Source: Tubiluchus corallicola
Lineage: Eukaryota > Animalia > Priapulida
Direction of reading: 5' to 3'
Assembly (NCBI GenBank): GCA_030141605.1
Contig: JAQGDQ010000200.1
Span: 62,001-126,000, forward strand
DNA: 64,000 nt
Positions within the stretch are counted from its first letter, which is position 1. The number at the start of each line of letters is the position of its first letter. The notes under the pieces were generated by a model, which did no database searches, had not been told where the DNA came from, and saw only the letters and a list, made by a program, of their open reading frames with translations. This document shows positions 1-27,100 of this stretch, piece after piece. The translations under genes and the position numbers were made by a program.

Positions 1-443
1 CCCCAATATGGGTGTAATTCAGAATAAAAACAATAATAAACTGTATAATTAGATCTTGTCTACAAAATGGAAAAAACTTGCAGCAAGATTTATTTACAGA
101 ATGGAAGCCAATCACGTTTTTATAAGCATTACCACTTGAAATATATCATGACACATTTATGTAATCAATCAATGTCATCATATGGGCAGTGGGTATTTGG
201 TAAATGGGCAGTTCACGCTGGTCAGTGGCCAGAATCTCGATGCCCAACAGTTATGTATTGTAAACAAACACAGAAACCACCACACATATTCCGGTATATT
301 TTGCTTGCGGGATATTATTTGAATTGAAAAAGAACTGTGTCTGGGCCCCTCTTCCTGAGGCCCTAAGCATGTGCTTATTTTGCTATATGGTTTATCCAGG
401 GCTGAACTGGTCCATAATTACTTTGTAGAATTTCCATACAAAC

Positions 444-14569
<14,126 letters not shown>

Positions 14570-14869
14570 GCTGCAAGCAAAGTGTTGAGCTTTAGAAATG
14601 ACTAAGTTGGGTAATGACCCGGCTAATACTCGAACTTCGGCAGCTAGGTCTGTGTAAATAAGCGTACGTGCGTCGAGCGGACACGTCACGGGACTGCATG
14701 GGAGTTTTTAAACATCGCTTATCATTCACAGCAAACGTGAATGCCCGATGATGCAATGACCTCGTTTACATGAGTCTTACGCAAGATCATTTAAACTGAC
14801 CCGAGAAAAACTTCAAAACTTCCAATCACTGAAGCACACAAAGAATATTTTACTCTGCTTTTTATATTT

Positions 14870-15420
14870 AAATACATTAACAACATCAGCAAACCCTTCC
14901 AGAATAACAGATTTACCTTTTTTCCAAATCTAATCGTTAATTCCAGAACAAGTAATGTACAACAAATTAGGACAAATACCCACTATGGAACGAACTGTAT
15001 AATCAAGCAAGCAATTCTATTTTGGAATTCTCTGCCATTACAGGTTAAAAAAATCAAGTCCCTATCAATATTTAAAACAAAATTAAAATCATTAATATTA
15101 ACCAGATATGAAATACCATAACACCAGTACGACAACATGCACACTAATTCAGAATTTATATATCCACGACCATATTAATTAAATCAGAATTTTTAATATT
15201 TGTGAATAGTTGTTAATATGTTTTATTTTCATTCGTCATTACTTTTCGTTACTGCACAGTAGTTTAGACTGTACTGACGTATTTGCCTTTAGCAGTGTAA
15301 GTTTTTATTAACTAACACTGATTGATCGTCTCTGTAAAGTTTTTTTCAGTGATTATCAATGTATTTTAATGGCAAATAAAGAATATTACTTATTTTTATT
15401 CATTTATTTTTTATCTATAA
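14870..15420 (+). mobile_element. LINE (CR1/L2-group) 3' remnant; second copy at ~60560-60850
   Basis: RTNTHYGTNCIIKQAILFWNSLPLQVKKIKSLSIFKTKLK versus RTNNQYGKNYITKKAIQLWNSLPTSLKHSSSLSIFKSKLQK: typical ORF2 C-terminal WNxLP...FKxKL, followed by AATAAA. Confidence 0.65.
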
Positions 15421-15599
15421 TGCAGTCATAGTTTGAAATTACCTTGACTTATTCTTTGATGACAGAAGTGAGTAACTACGTTTGTAATTTTTAGGAATTG
15501 CGCAAAAGTATCAGGCGATAAAAACGAAATGGCGCAAAAAGTTCTAACAAGACAAAAACGACGGTGATTACCTTTCCCGCATTTTGAATGTAAAAAAAG

Positions 15600-16000
15600 G
15601 GGAACAACTATAGAAGAGTCTCCTAAGAAGAGTGCAAGTGACGGTGACAAAGGAAAACGAGAAACTACGAGAGCGACTATAGAACCAAAGAAAGAAATCA
15701 TAGCATAAACATGAGAATGAAGTTCGTGTTTCCGATCTTGCGTCGATGTACGGCATACCGTAATGGACGATATCAACGTTTTTGAAGAATAAGGAGATGA
15801 TTAAAACTGCTGGTGTTGCAAATGTTGCCGTTTGAATAAACATTTTTGCTTTATTATATTATATTTCGTTTTAGTAATACTTTACAGTTCATTTGGTGCT
15901 TGAGAACGGATTATTTGCTTTTACATTATTTCTTATTGGAATAAATGATTCGGTACTCAACGAAATCGGTTTTTAGTCAAAAACAGAGGTATGACTGTAT
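15600..16000 (+). mobile_element. Degenerate pogo/Tigger transposon fragment
   Basis: Translates, with one frameshift and a stop, as PKK...KRETTRATIEPKKEIIA/KHENEVRVSDLASMYGIP*WTISTFLKNKEMIK, resembling a CENP-B-type HTH; Tigger-like end gaggtatgactg|ta at ~15985-16000. Confidence 0.7.
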
Positions 16001-16325
16001 TTAACAAAATAGCTGACCACCTTTTAGATACCTCTCTTGTTTCAATAGACGTTTCCTCGATATCATTCATATTGCTGGTTAATTTTGCATTTAACAAGTT
16101 TAGATTAGCTGCCAAGTCCAACAACAGCAAGTCACCAGCTTTGTTCTGTACTTGATCACAGTTACTGTAAAGACGGCACTGTATGGGTGCCTGTACGGAC
16201 GATTCAACACTTACAGTAACTGATCCATGAATCTTACTAACCTATTTACACTTTCTAAGTACATTATGCTAGGGTTTCTTTCTCGGTTTTTGTGGCTATC
16301 TTTAGTCATTTCTTCAGCCCATTCT

Positions 16326-16825
16326 CAGTGGCAGTTGGTAGCCAAAATTAGTGGGGGCGCTGTAAAATTAAAATTGTTTTAACCATTGTTTTAAGACTGT
16401 GTAAAATTTTTGCAATTTTAACGTTGGAATTGTAATTTTAAACGAACAAAGAAATCTATACATGACGAAATCATAAACAAAAAGTATTATTTTCTTACGA
16501 ATAGCCTAAATTGTCGCATTTCAAGAATATGTTGGTACATGGCTTTTGAGCACGTGATATATGAGAACACATACTGCGTGAGCGACAGTACCCTTACCTC
16601 AGACATGTGCGCATGGCCGCATGCGCACAATAGCCGAATAGCCCACGTTGCTTGTATTTCCCTCACGTGCCTTGCAAGCTGTACTTCCCTCACGTGCTTT
16701 GGTTCTACACAAGTATAAGAAAGAACTAATGAAAAAAGACTTAATTATATTAAATATTATCGATAATACCGAGTGAAAACAGGGGTTGCTGCAGTACCAC
16801 AAAAACTATACACGAGCCGCCACTG
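16326..16825. mobile_element. hAT-type MITE between the divergent CYP and EndoU starts
   Basis: cagtggc...gccactg termini; near-perfect 8-bp TSD cccattct/cccattcc. Confidence 0.65.
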
Positions 16826-18143
16826 CCCATTCCTCCAAAATCCTTCTTTCGTATCTTTAATTTAGCTTTATTATTTTTCCTTGCACAGCAACTTTTTGCA
16901 GTAGTGTTACTTGGTATTAATTTGTTTGCTTTGTGAAAACACCTTGCAGCACAAGATTACTTTGGATTTTTTACAATTGGAAGAGCTCAGACTTCATAGT
17001 AATTTCAATTGAGTTTCTAAATTTTTCCTAATATTTATTATTTTCAAATATTTTTACGATAGTGAACCATTTTAGGTATAATACCATTAGCATTAGGTAT
17101 AGGCATTTTAGGTATGCGGCAGACAGCCCTGTAGTTAAGAATGGCACTGAGGTCAGTCCGTTAGTGAATGGTGCGCTGCTTTGATTCTCGCTTTTGAGTG
17201 CTTTCATTTGCTGTGCTGATTCTGGTTGTTTTCTTCGTGCAGCTAGAGATATAATAACGTGCACAAACTACACGTCCGAATGTGGGTAAGATTCCGTGCC
17301 AATTTATTTCCTCATCCTTGAAGTGCTGAGTTAGCTGTCTTGCCACCACAGTTCAGTCTGAGTAGGACCTATTATTAAATACTGGATTCCGGCTTGCTCA
17401 TATACCCTTCAGAATTACAGACTGTGAGGCATGTGCGAGGCTTCCACACTAAAAATATTGTCGTCGAGTGCATAATGAATTCTTTATTGCTTCAAAATGC
17501 TTTTTGTAACAAATAGATTCGTGCTGTTAATCATTGTTTTTGGACCCCTCCACTTCCAGCAAAAGGTTGTGTGTATGTTCACTTCTAGCAGAGGGTTATG
17601 CGCCACTGTTGACAGGTGTGACCACTAGTTACCAGAAACTGAATTAAAATCCAATCGAATTTGTGACCTTGAACAGCGAATTTCCAAATTTCAAATCCAG
17701 TTTTAATGATTTTTGAACAGATTATCCACTCATTAGTAAAAAATAGCTTCACAAAGATCATGTATATTACTTAATTTTATTTTGCAGTAAAGACACTAAT
17801 GTTCAAAATTATACAATTTGTTTAAAATTTGTACGCGAAAATTGCATCTAAACTGTGCTGATTGCATGATATTTCAAACGTTTTAATGAAAAAGAATGTA
17901 AATTATGTAAGTTGAAGTACTAAATTATTTCGCACTCATTCCGAATTCATAATTTTACGCTCGAATTGAACTGGAACTAAAAAAAATTCGTTCGAACTCG
18001 AACGTTCGTTGCTCTTCCTTAGCAATTGAAATGTAGTTTTCTGATGCCTACTATCGCGAGTTCGTGTGAAATAGCAAAAATATTAGCAGGGAAATTTTGT
18101 TAGGACAAATCAGCTTTGTGTCAGAACACACGCACCGGTGATC

Positions 18144-21100
18144 ATGGCTGACAGTGGAAATTGTTGCCAAGAATGTGAACAAGAAAGGTGAGATAATAAA
18201 TGGGAATAGATAAAGTGAAAATTTCCAAACTCTTTTTTTTAGATTTTGGTGCTTTTAGTAACCGCTTATTTTATTTCTGTGCGCTTTTCTTTGTTTCACC
18301 ATCGTCGCTAGAGTCAATTCCCATTCTCACGGAAAAAAAACTAAAGTAAAGCATGTTACATTGTTAGCCGACCTGCCGACTGTAAAATTAGTGTGAAACA
18401 GGAAAGCACAGAGGTCATATTGCCTCTGCCAGAGTCTAAGAGGTAATTTGTACCCCAAAAACTATATCATTTTTGGGTGTCAAAATTAAAAAATAAAATA
18501 CATTACATGTATAAAAAATTGTTAAGAAAGCTTATGCTGTCATTGCAGTTCACTATGCTTTTTGTATACACAAATACATTCAATTAGATATAATGTAAAA
18601 AGCTTTGTAGCAGCTGACGCATCAAATCTGTGACAATTTCGCAAATCGTTGAGGAGAGACTGTCAATAACCGTGTTATTGTTAGGTCTCTTGGACTTCAC
18701 AAGCAAGCAAGCACCCCAAATATCCTTTAGTATAATATACATTGTGAAAGGAAGACATTTAGATCAGCATTAATAACAATAGGAAATTAGCTGTATCATT
18801 TCATTCGATCTCGGTTAGTTTAAACAATATTTTTATTTGATAAAAACATTAATAGGAATCATAAGTACATTTATTTAAAAACACTATGCAATTAATCAAA
18901 TGCTGAATGGCTAACAGGTATAACCTATATAAATGCCGTTCAGTGAGTAGATAGGTCATTTATAAGTTTAATAGAAACCCGATTATAAGAACCGTTAGTT
19001 ATGTATTAAGTAAGAGCAAAATTTAGAAGGTCTGTGACTTTCCGGTCCTAGTTATTGGGCCTTTGTCTCTAAATTTTTAGTGGCACTGGATGGGTGACCT
19101 CAGATAAGATAAGATAATATTTATTTTCATCGATATGATGTAAACAGTACATATTTGTAGAAACATGAGCTTAAAGCTCGTAAACCGATATCAAACATAA
19201 TGTATATGAGCGATAACATAGTAATAATGTGTACTTCTTAAATCTTTTGGATGCTACCAGAGGTATTGGTACAAGAAAAATTAAAACTACATGAATATAG
19301 TAAAAATTTTAGACAGTTAAAAATTGAAACAGTAAAAATTTTAGGCAGTAACATTTTTGTAAAATTTACACAAAAAGCTATCTAGGTCAATAAAAAATTT
19401 TCTGCCAACATTTCAGCATTTAATTACGACTTAACAAAATTGGGAAGTTCGCTGAATTTACGAATGGCACATTTACATGATACACTAGTCCATGAGTTAA
19501 TTAGACGTTTGAATTCCCTAAGATTTTCTGCCATTCGGAGACAGTTTGGTAGTTCATTCCACAATGTGGCTCCATAATAGGAGAAACTTTTCTTGCCATA
19601 TGTAACACCATCATATGTAGGGTGTTCTGCAATGTTCATTTTTCTGAGGAAGTAGCAGTTTTGCTTTCGTTCCTCTATCAGTCCATAGAGATAGGATGCT
19701 CAGTTTTGGACAAAATCTTGAATACTTCGATAGCAATGAGACGTTGTCTCCGAAGTTGAAGAGACACAGAATTGTCTTTTAACAATAGATTTTCATAGGT
19801 ACTTTTGAAATCATTATAAACTAGACGGAGCGCTCTGAAATTCAAACACTCTAAATTCTGGCTGTTTGATTTACTACAGAAGTGCCAGATTACAGGGCAG
19901 AAATTAAAATTCGACTTGAGAAAGGAAGGGTAGACGAGTTTTCGACATTCTTCTGACAAGTTTCGACAAATACGGCGTAGAACATTAATCTGTTTCGCTG
20001 CTTTTTTGCACAGGGCTGAAATGTGCGAATCAAAGTTCAGGCGATAGTCTATATTTGCGCCAAGAAGTTTCACCTCATCCGTACATTCAATATACGCTCC
20101 TTTGATGTTGAAAGTAGGTTTCAGGTCGTGTGTAATTTTGCCTACAGTAGTCCCCTGAAACTTCCCCGGATTTGCTTCCATCTGGTTGGAAGCAAACCAG
20201 TCGACCAGTGCGTTACTTTCAACCTCTAAGGTTTGTTTCATATCATTAAACAATTTACTGGAGTAAGAAACAGTATTGACGTCAGCGTAGTTGTACAACG
20301 TGGATTAACTGATAAAGGAACGCCTTTATCAATGGGAAGTGGTGAACTCTGGACATCCCCGATCTGAACAAGTTGTTTTCTGTCAGTAAGGTAGCTCTTG
20401 ATCAAATTTACAGCATTTTCTGATAAATTATAGCACCTTAACTTTTCCAGCAATAAATTGTGCGGAAGGCAGTCAAAAGCCTTTGAAAGATCCATCCGGA
20501 TGGCACCAACGTAGTTACCGGCCTCCAGTCCTTTCCTCCACTCTTCATTCAACCCTAACAGTGCCGACTGGCAGCTGTATCCACTACGGTAGGCTGACAA
20601 GAGTGGGTAGAAGTGTCGGGACATATGGTCGCCAAGGTGGTCCACTATGGCTCTCTCAATTACCTTTGAAGCTATAGGAAGAATACTGACTGGACGGTAG
20701 TTTTTCTTGTTCAACGCATCATTTTTTTTGAACACTGGGGTGACGCGAGCATGCTTAAATTCATCTGGAAAAAATGAACAGTCAAACATCTGATTTACAA
20801 GACTGGTTAAGTGAGGCAGAAAGGCCTCTTTGACTAGCTTCAGAATTTTTACAGGAATATTGTCAAGGCCAGTCGCCTTTTTGTTACCAATGGCACTGAG
20901 GTACTTATTTACCTGGTCCTGTGAAACAGGCTTAAAATCAAAATTTTCAGTGTCTTTCAAGTTTTCTCTAATTTTCAGTACACTTGGATGATTCTGAATC
21001 TTAGCCTCAGAAAGTTCTCTACCAATGTCGTTTGCTACTTTAGAGAAATGATCATTGAAGAAATCACAGACTGACTTAGGGTCAGATACGACAGAATCAC

Positions 21101-24100
21101 TTTCCAGGAGGCAAGTATCTTGCCCAGTTTTTGAATTTTTACTCAAGAAAGGTTTGATGGTTGGCCAAAAGTCCTTTAATTTCGCCCCCCCCCCCGGCAC
21201 ACCTTTCAATAAAATAGTTTGTAATGGCCTCTCTTTTCAAGGCGTCTTCCAATTTCATTTAGTTCTTTGTCTTTCCCAAATGCGTTTCAGATTGTTCTTC
21301 TAATTTATTTCTTTTCTTAATTTCCCGTTCATGAATGGTGCCTTCTGCCGTTTCAATTTTCTTTCCTTGACTGGAATGTGCTGGTTCACAATATCAGTTA
21401 GCAACTTGGTGGTCATCGTCTATATCATCGAATATTGATGCAACATGGAAAGGGTGCAGACATGACTTCATGGACCAGTTCATCCTGATCAAGGTTTTTG
21501 TAGCACCTGTATTTGGCTGTTCCATTTGGCTTCGCTTTCAAGTGAGTTTTCGTTACACAAAAAACCTGCGTGTGGACGTCACTTAGTCCCGTATCACAGA
21601 CAGGAGTTTTGGTAAAAGAGTTTGGTCTGTTGGTTACCACTAAATCAATAAGAGATGGTTTAAAACTTTGGTAAAACAGGTGGGTTCTTTGACCAGATTA
21701 GTGAGTTCAAAAATGTCACAAAGTTCGACAAGGGGACCACTTTTTTCTGGTCTCAATAGATGGAAGTCCCCGACCAGTGCTATGTTATCGTAGAATGTTA
21801 ATACTTTATCAAGAGATTTGGTCATATCAGTTGTGAAGTTTGTGTCACTCAGAGACGGAGGCTCATACTATCCTACAAGCAGCCACTTCTTGTCACCGAG
21901 TTGGATTTCAATATTTACAGCTTCCACGTGTTCTGGCTCAGTCTTTTTCCTTCTTTTGGATGGGATGTCTGACCTAACATAGGCCATAACCCCACCCCCA
22001 TCACGGTTACGATCATTCCTGAACAATTGATAGCCATCAACTTTGAACTGGGCATCTAAGAAAGAATCGTCCAGCTTGTTCTCACCAATCACCAGTACAT
22101 CTACAAATCTCTCATATAACATCTCAGTAGCTATGATGTACTTAGTTTGCATACTGTTGATGTTGAGGTATGCAGTTATCACATTCTTTGGGTATGCTTT
22201 ACTCACTAATTTTAATTCATCCAAATAATGTCCCTGATCTTCACGTTCTGGTTCACAATTAAAACATAGAAATTCAAGGGAGGCATCGGCAACATGAGCT
22301 TGGAAAGTCTCATTATCCATGCCGATACATCTGCATTGCAACCACATATCACATTCGTCGCACTGGACTCCTTTCCGCATTCCGTTTCCACATACTCCAC
22401 AGGGGCAGTTTACTGTCCGCGCTTTTGTAGACCCCTTAGGTGGCCCAGGGTTTAACTCTAGGTCACCTGCTAACAGGAGTGATAAAACGAGGAAAAGTTT
22501 GAGTGACTTCACTTGGCATTGGCGCGCCCATGATTGTTTTGTTTCAATGGTGGACGGGGTTGAAATTCGGACATGTTGCAGTAAAATATTAAATTTCGAG
22601 AGCTGTGAAACTGGCGTCAAAAGTGCCGAATTCTACACCTTCAAACAATTGTCTATTTAACTGATTCACTTCCTGGTTGTTTTGGTGCATTATAGTGGTA
22701 AAAACGCTTGGCGAAAATGTGTTTTGTTTATTCATCATTACATGTACTCACCAACCATGAGCGAAATTGTTTTGCAAATTTCTTGGCAAAATTATTTTAA
22801 ATGTCTCAAATGTTCTTCGTTTTCTTGTTGTTTGTGATAATGCGTTAATTTCATCAAATGCAAGGCTCTAACACATGTTTGTTGTGCTCTCAGCTTGTGC
22901 ATGTTGGGCTAGCATGAAACTTCATCCAGTGCAATTAAACAATAATTTGCAGTGGAGCATCATAAAAGAGGTAGAAATATCCCCAAGCTTCTTAAGGCAA
23001 GTGGTGCCACACCCTACACTGTATTCGATATGCGGTGGAGTACCTTAGTATTTTGTGTTCTGTTGGTACTTAACCAGGACTGTAATTACTTAACCAGTAC
23101 TTAACTACGCCAGTAGTAAACTTCTTTTATTTTATTTTGTATTTCAGCTTCTTCCCAGATGAGGAACTTTCAGATATCATTTCTAAACTATGGAACTTGG
23201 ATAGTAATAAACTAGAACCAGGAACAGATTATGAGATAGATTTGCAAGGTATATGTATTTGTTTATGCTTTGAACTGCTGATTAGATTTTTACAAATAAT
23301 TTTTTGGTTTTAGTAAAAGTTTGATATTGGAAACGGAATTTTTTCCAGGGTACACAAAAGCCTATCGCAAGGGAAGCGCCGATTATGCGAGGGATCCACT
23401 ATTCAGTTATGTAAATGAAGAGGAAGTTTTTGAAAGAGAAACCTATAAACGTGAGTCATCTTGTTTTACAGACATTTGTAAGTTACGAGCTTTCGAATTG
23501 GAACGTTAACTCTTTGAGAGTTTCTTTGTTTCATAATGTCTACGATCAGGGATGTTACTGAAACTGAATTTACAAACCGAAATTGATACTTATAAATCAT
23601 AGGATACTGAAAGGAAACAGGACCAAGAACTATTAAAACTGAAAAAAGAAATGTCTAAAATAAAAAGTAAAATATTTTGTTTTTTGTTTGTTTGGTTTTA
23701 TTTGCTGTGTTGCAAAACTACTGATAAAAAATTCTAATACAAAAAGAACAAGGAAGTTTTATAGTGTAGAATCTCAAGTTTGATGGAATGGCTTACCTTA
23801 AAAAAATGTGTTATAATGTTTTTGGATTTAAGTATCCTTAATGATTAATGTTTAAAGATCATAATACTTCATTAAAAATAAACAACTTTTATTTTGTACA
23901 TTTCTTGTTGCCTATGTTTCATAAATTATGAAATTAAAATGTGTTTTGCTTAAGTAAATTCAATCGTGGTTTGATATTTCTGATTGGGCCTAGAGACCCC
24001 GAAACTTCACAGTCGTCAGCAATGAAGATACGCCACATTGCCAGTAAAAGCACGTCACAAACTGTTATCAATTACCATCACATCTTTCTCTTTCTTTCTA

Positions 24101-27100
24101 TTCTCCTTAAACTTCTCTTTTCTACTTGTTTACTGCTCTTTTTTACTTTTCTCAATCCACGTTCATTTGAGGTGCTCTCAACAAGTAATTACTTCTTGAG
24201 TACCCCACGGGTCATTTGAAGCTTGGCATCTTGTGTACATAATAATAAATATCTTATTAAATTCTTTGGAAATGCAATGCTGTAATGAGTGTTTTGGGTA
24301 TATTTCATAAATGAAATGAAAACCTCGCAACAGGTATTGCAGCAACTTTTGAACTAGAGTAGGTAGGAAAAAATTACTCTCGCCAGGCTGTGGGCATTCT
24401 ATGTAGGATTCTATTTTAGAGAATATCTAGGAACTGTTCCGAGTTCTTGTAGTGAGTTGAAGTTCGTCTCTCTTCGTGCTGAGAATTGCCAAGAGTTGCT
24501 GACTTACCGAGGTGTTCACGTTAGACAATTCAATTCAATTCAATTTATTTGTCTCTTTTACACGATATAACAAACGATATTTATATGAGAATAATACTGC
24601 TATGATAATTGAGAGAGGGTGGCGAAAGACCGAGAGGTCACCTAGCAGCCACCCCTATTTAAACAACATTAATTAGTATGGTTAATTAAGTGACACTAGT
24701 GACAAAGTTGCAGCTTTGTGCGAGACTTATTTAATTTGAGGAAAACATCAAAATAAAAAAATAGAAATAATAAAAATAGTAATACTAACCATGTATCAAA
24801 ATATCAAAATAGCAAAAAACATATTGTATCAGTAATCAATAAAAGTTGCAGTAACATATATAATACACTGGAAAAAAATTAATTACTTGCCTTATATAAT
24901 CACAAATCATAATCAATCAGTTCATGTAAATAACAAAATATAATGTGATAATAATATTAATAATAGCAAATAAGCCAACATGCAACAACTGTCGAATGTT
25001 TATAAATTCTTGTCTGCAGTAAGTCAGAAAGCAGTTCACACTGGTCAGAAAATTTGCTGATCTGAAATACTGTCATCCTCGGGTATAAGGGACACCTCCG
25101 GACCGGAAAAAATCATCCCTTATATCCGATGTTCCTTATAGCCGAAGTTGAGTCACGGAAACTGAGCTGTTCGAGGCCAAGTTTGCGAAAAATTGAGGTT
25201 AAACGATCAATTTCGCTTGAGCAACTTTTTCTTTTTTTATATTTTCATCTAGTTACCCACATCATTACAACCACAAGACCTGACCGTAGTCCTAGGGAAT
25301 ACAGTCGGGCCTGCGCGGGGTCTAGGCATAGGCTTTTTAGGATGTAAAATATATTTGATCATAGAGTTCCTTATATGCGAGGTCATTTACCTGAGTTTCT
25401 ATTACACGGGACCTGAAGATATCGTCCCTTATATCCCAGTACCTTATATACGAAGATTTTTATAAGGAAAAACATTACGAAAAATCGGGACAGGTGTTGG
25501 TGGTCTGTTATAAGCGAATGTCTCTTGTAAGCGAGTACCTTATACCCGAGGTTGACTGTAGAAGATTCGAGACAAAACACGGCTTCAGACATTTAAAAAC
25601 GGACTCTAAAACAGACATGTAAAAAGCACGGTTCTTTCATTGTTAACTTTATCCTCCTAGATTTTCGACTCTTGCTGGATAACTATACGAGTGATACGGG
25701 CGTGGCAGAAGAGGTGACTCAAGCCGAGGAAGAGGAAAATTGGGCATTCATCAATGCAATCTGTGACACTGCAGTGATTCAAGAGCTTCATTCATTTTTG
25801 ATAGAAAAAGAGAAATCTTCCGATGATATTGATGACTTTAAGCAGCAATTATACAACATTTGGTTCAAACTGTATCGCCGGACGAAGGGAAATAGGTATC
25901 TAAAGACTTAAAGTTTTATACTCTCTTTTATATATATATGAATGAAGAAGCTGTGAAAAAAAGCTGTATGTCTCAAAAGAGAGATTTTACTGTGGGTAAT
26001 TTCCACTACATGCATGCCTTTTTTGCATGACAAATGTCAACGAATTTGTACTGCTTTTAACACATTCGTTAAAGGAAAACTGGACGATTGCTTAAACATT
26101 AGTTCAGAATAAAGAATGCTCTAAAATATTGAAAACTACAATAGCTTTTTTTAAGTCAAAGCTTAGATTAAATAATAATTACCTCGGATACTCAAATTTT
26201 GTTAAATTTTCAAAGCTAACTAGAGGTGTGTTTTTAAGATCTAAAATAATAATTTTTGAGCTAAGATTATAATATTAAATTTCTGATCATTTTATATTTG
26301 TGATTCTTTATGTTAATCACTAAATCTTGTTATGACATCATTTAATCTATGAAATTATGACTAATGTTTTCAACAAAAACCACAAAATTTTATTGCTGTT
26401 GTCGATGCATTTCAGAAGCATGGATTCTTCCGGTTTTGAGCACGTCTTTGTTGGTGAAACGCGTGGCAAAGACGAGGTCATTGGATTCCATAATTGGATT
26501 CAGTTCTACCTGCAAGAAAAAGCCGGACATGTCGACTACTTGGGGTACATTCCTAAAGGCACGGTATGCAGAACCGGGCAGACGCTATGATGTAACATAG
26601 TAGTATAACTACATTAATTAAAGAAACTGCTACATGTAAATATGTTCTAGTTATGCATAAATTTTTTTAAACACATCAAGGTCAGGTGTCGATTTTATCG
26701 TTCAATACACTGCAAGTTAAGATGGAATATGGTCAACCTCGGGTATAAGGTAAGGGACTACCAACACCGGTCCGAATTTTTCGTAATGTTTTGAGTATGT
26801 AAAAATCTTTGTATAAAAGGTATGCGGATATAAGGGACCGTATGCCTCGTAAAAAGCCTATGCCGAGACCCCGCGCGGGCCCAACTGTATCAGCGACTTT
26901 GGCCACGGTGCGAGATTACCTCCTTGTGTGCGATACATCAGAGGACAATCGGTAACGAGGCTATATTATCGGCGGATAAGCTAAGATGCTTTTCTCATTC
27001 ACCAGCGGGTGTCTAGGTGAACCCAGGAAAAGATGTCGGACTTTTTTGGAAACAAATGAACAACAAGCAAACTAGGAGCAAATTGCTGATTACGTCGGAG

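Noticed and set aside
19678-21209. Active or domesticated reverse transcriptase
   Set aside because: YADD is mutated to YADV, the QGSxLGP segment is deleted, and there are several frameshifts and stops.
22611-22758. ATG GTT G|GTGAGT, suggesting an intron in the LINE 5' end
   Set aside because: The acceptor is weak, and a 1-nt frameshift from the ATG at 22738 explains the reading frame more simply.
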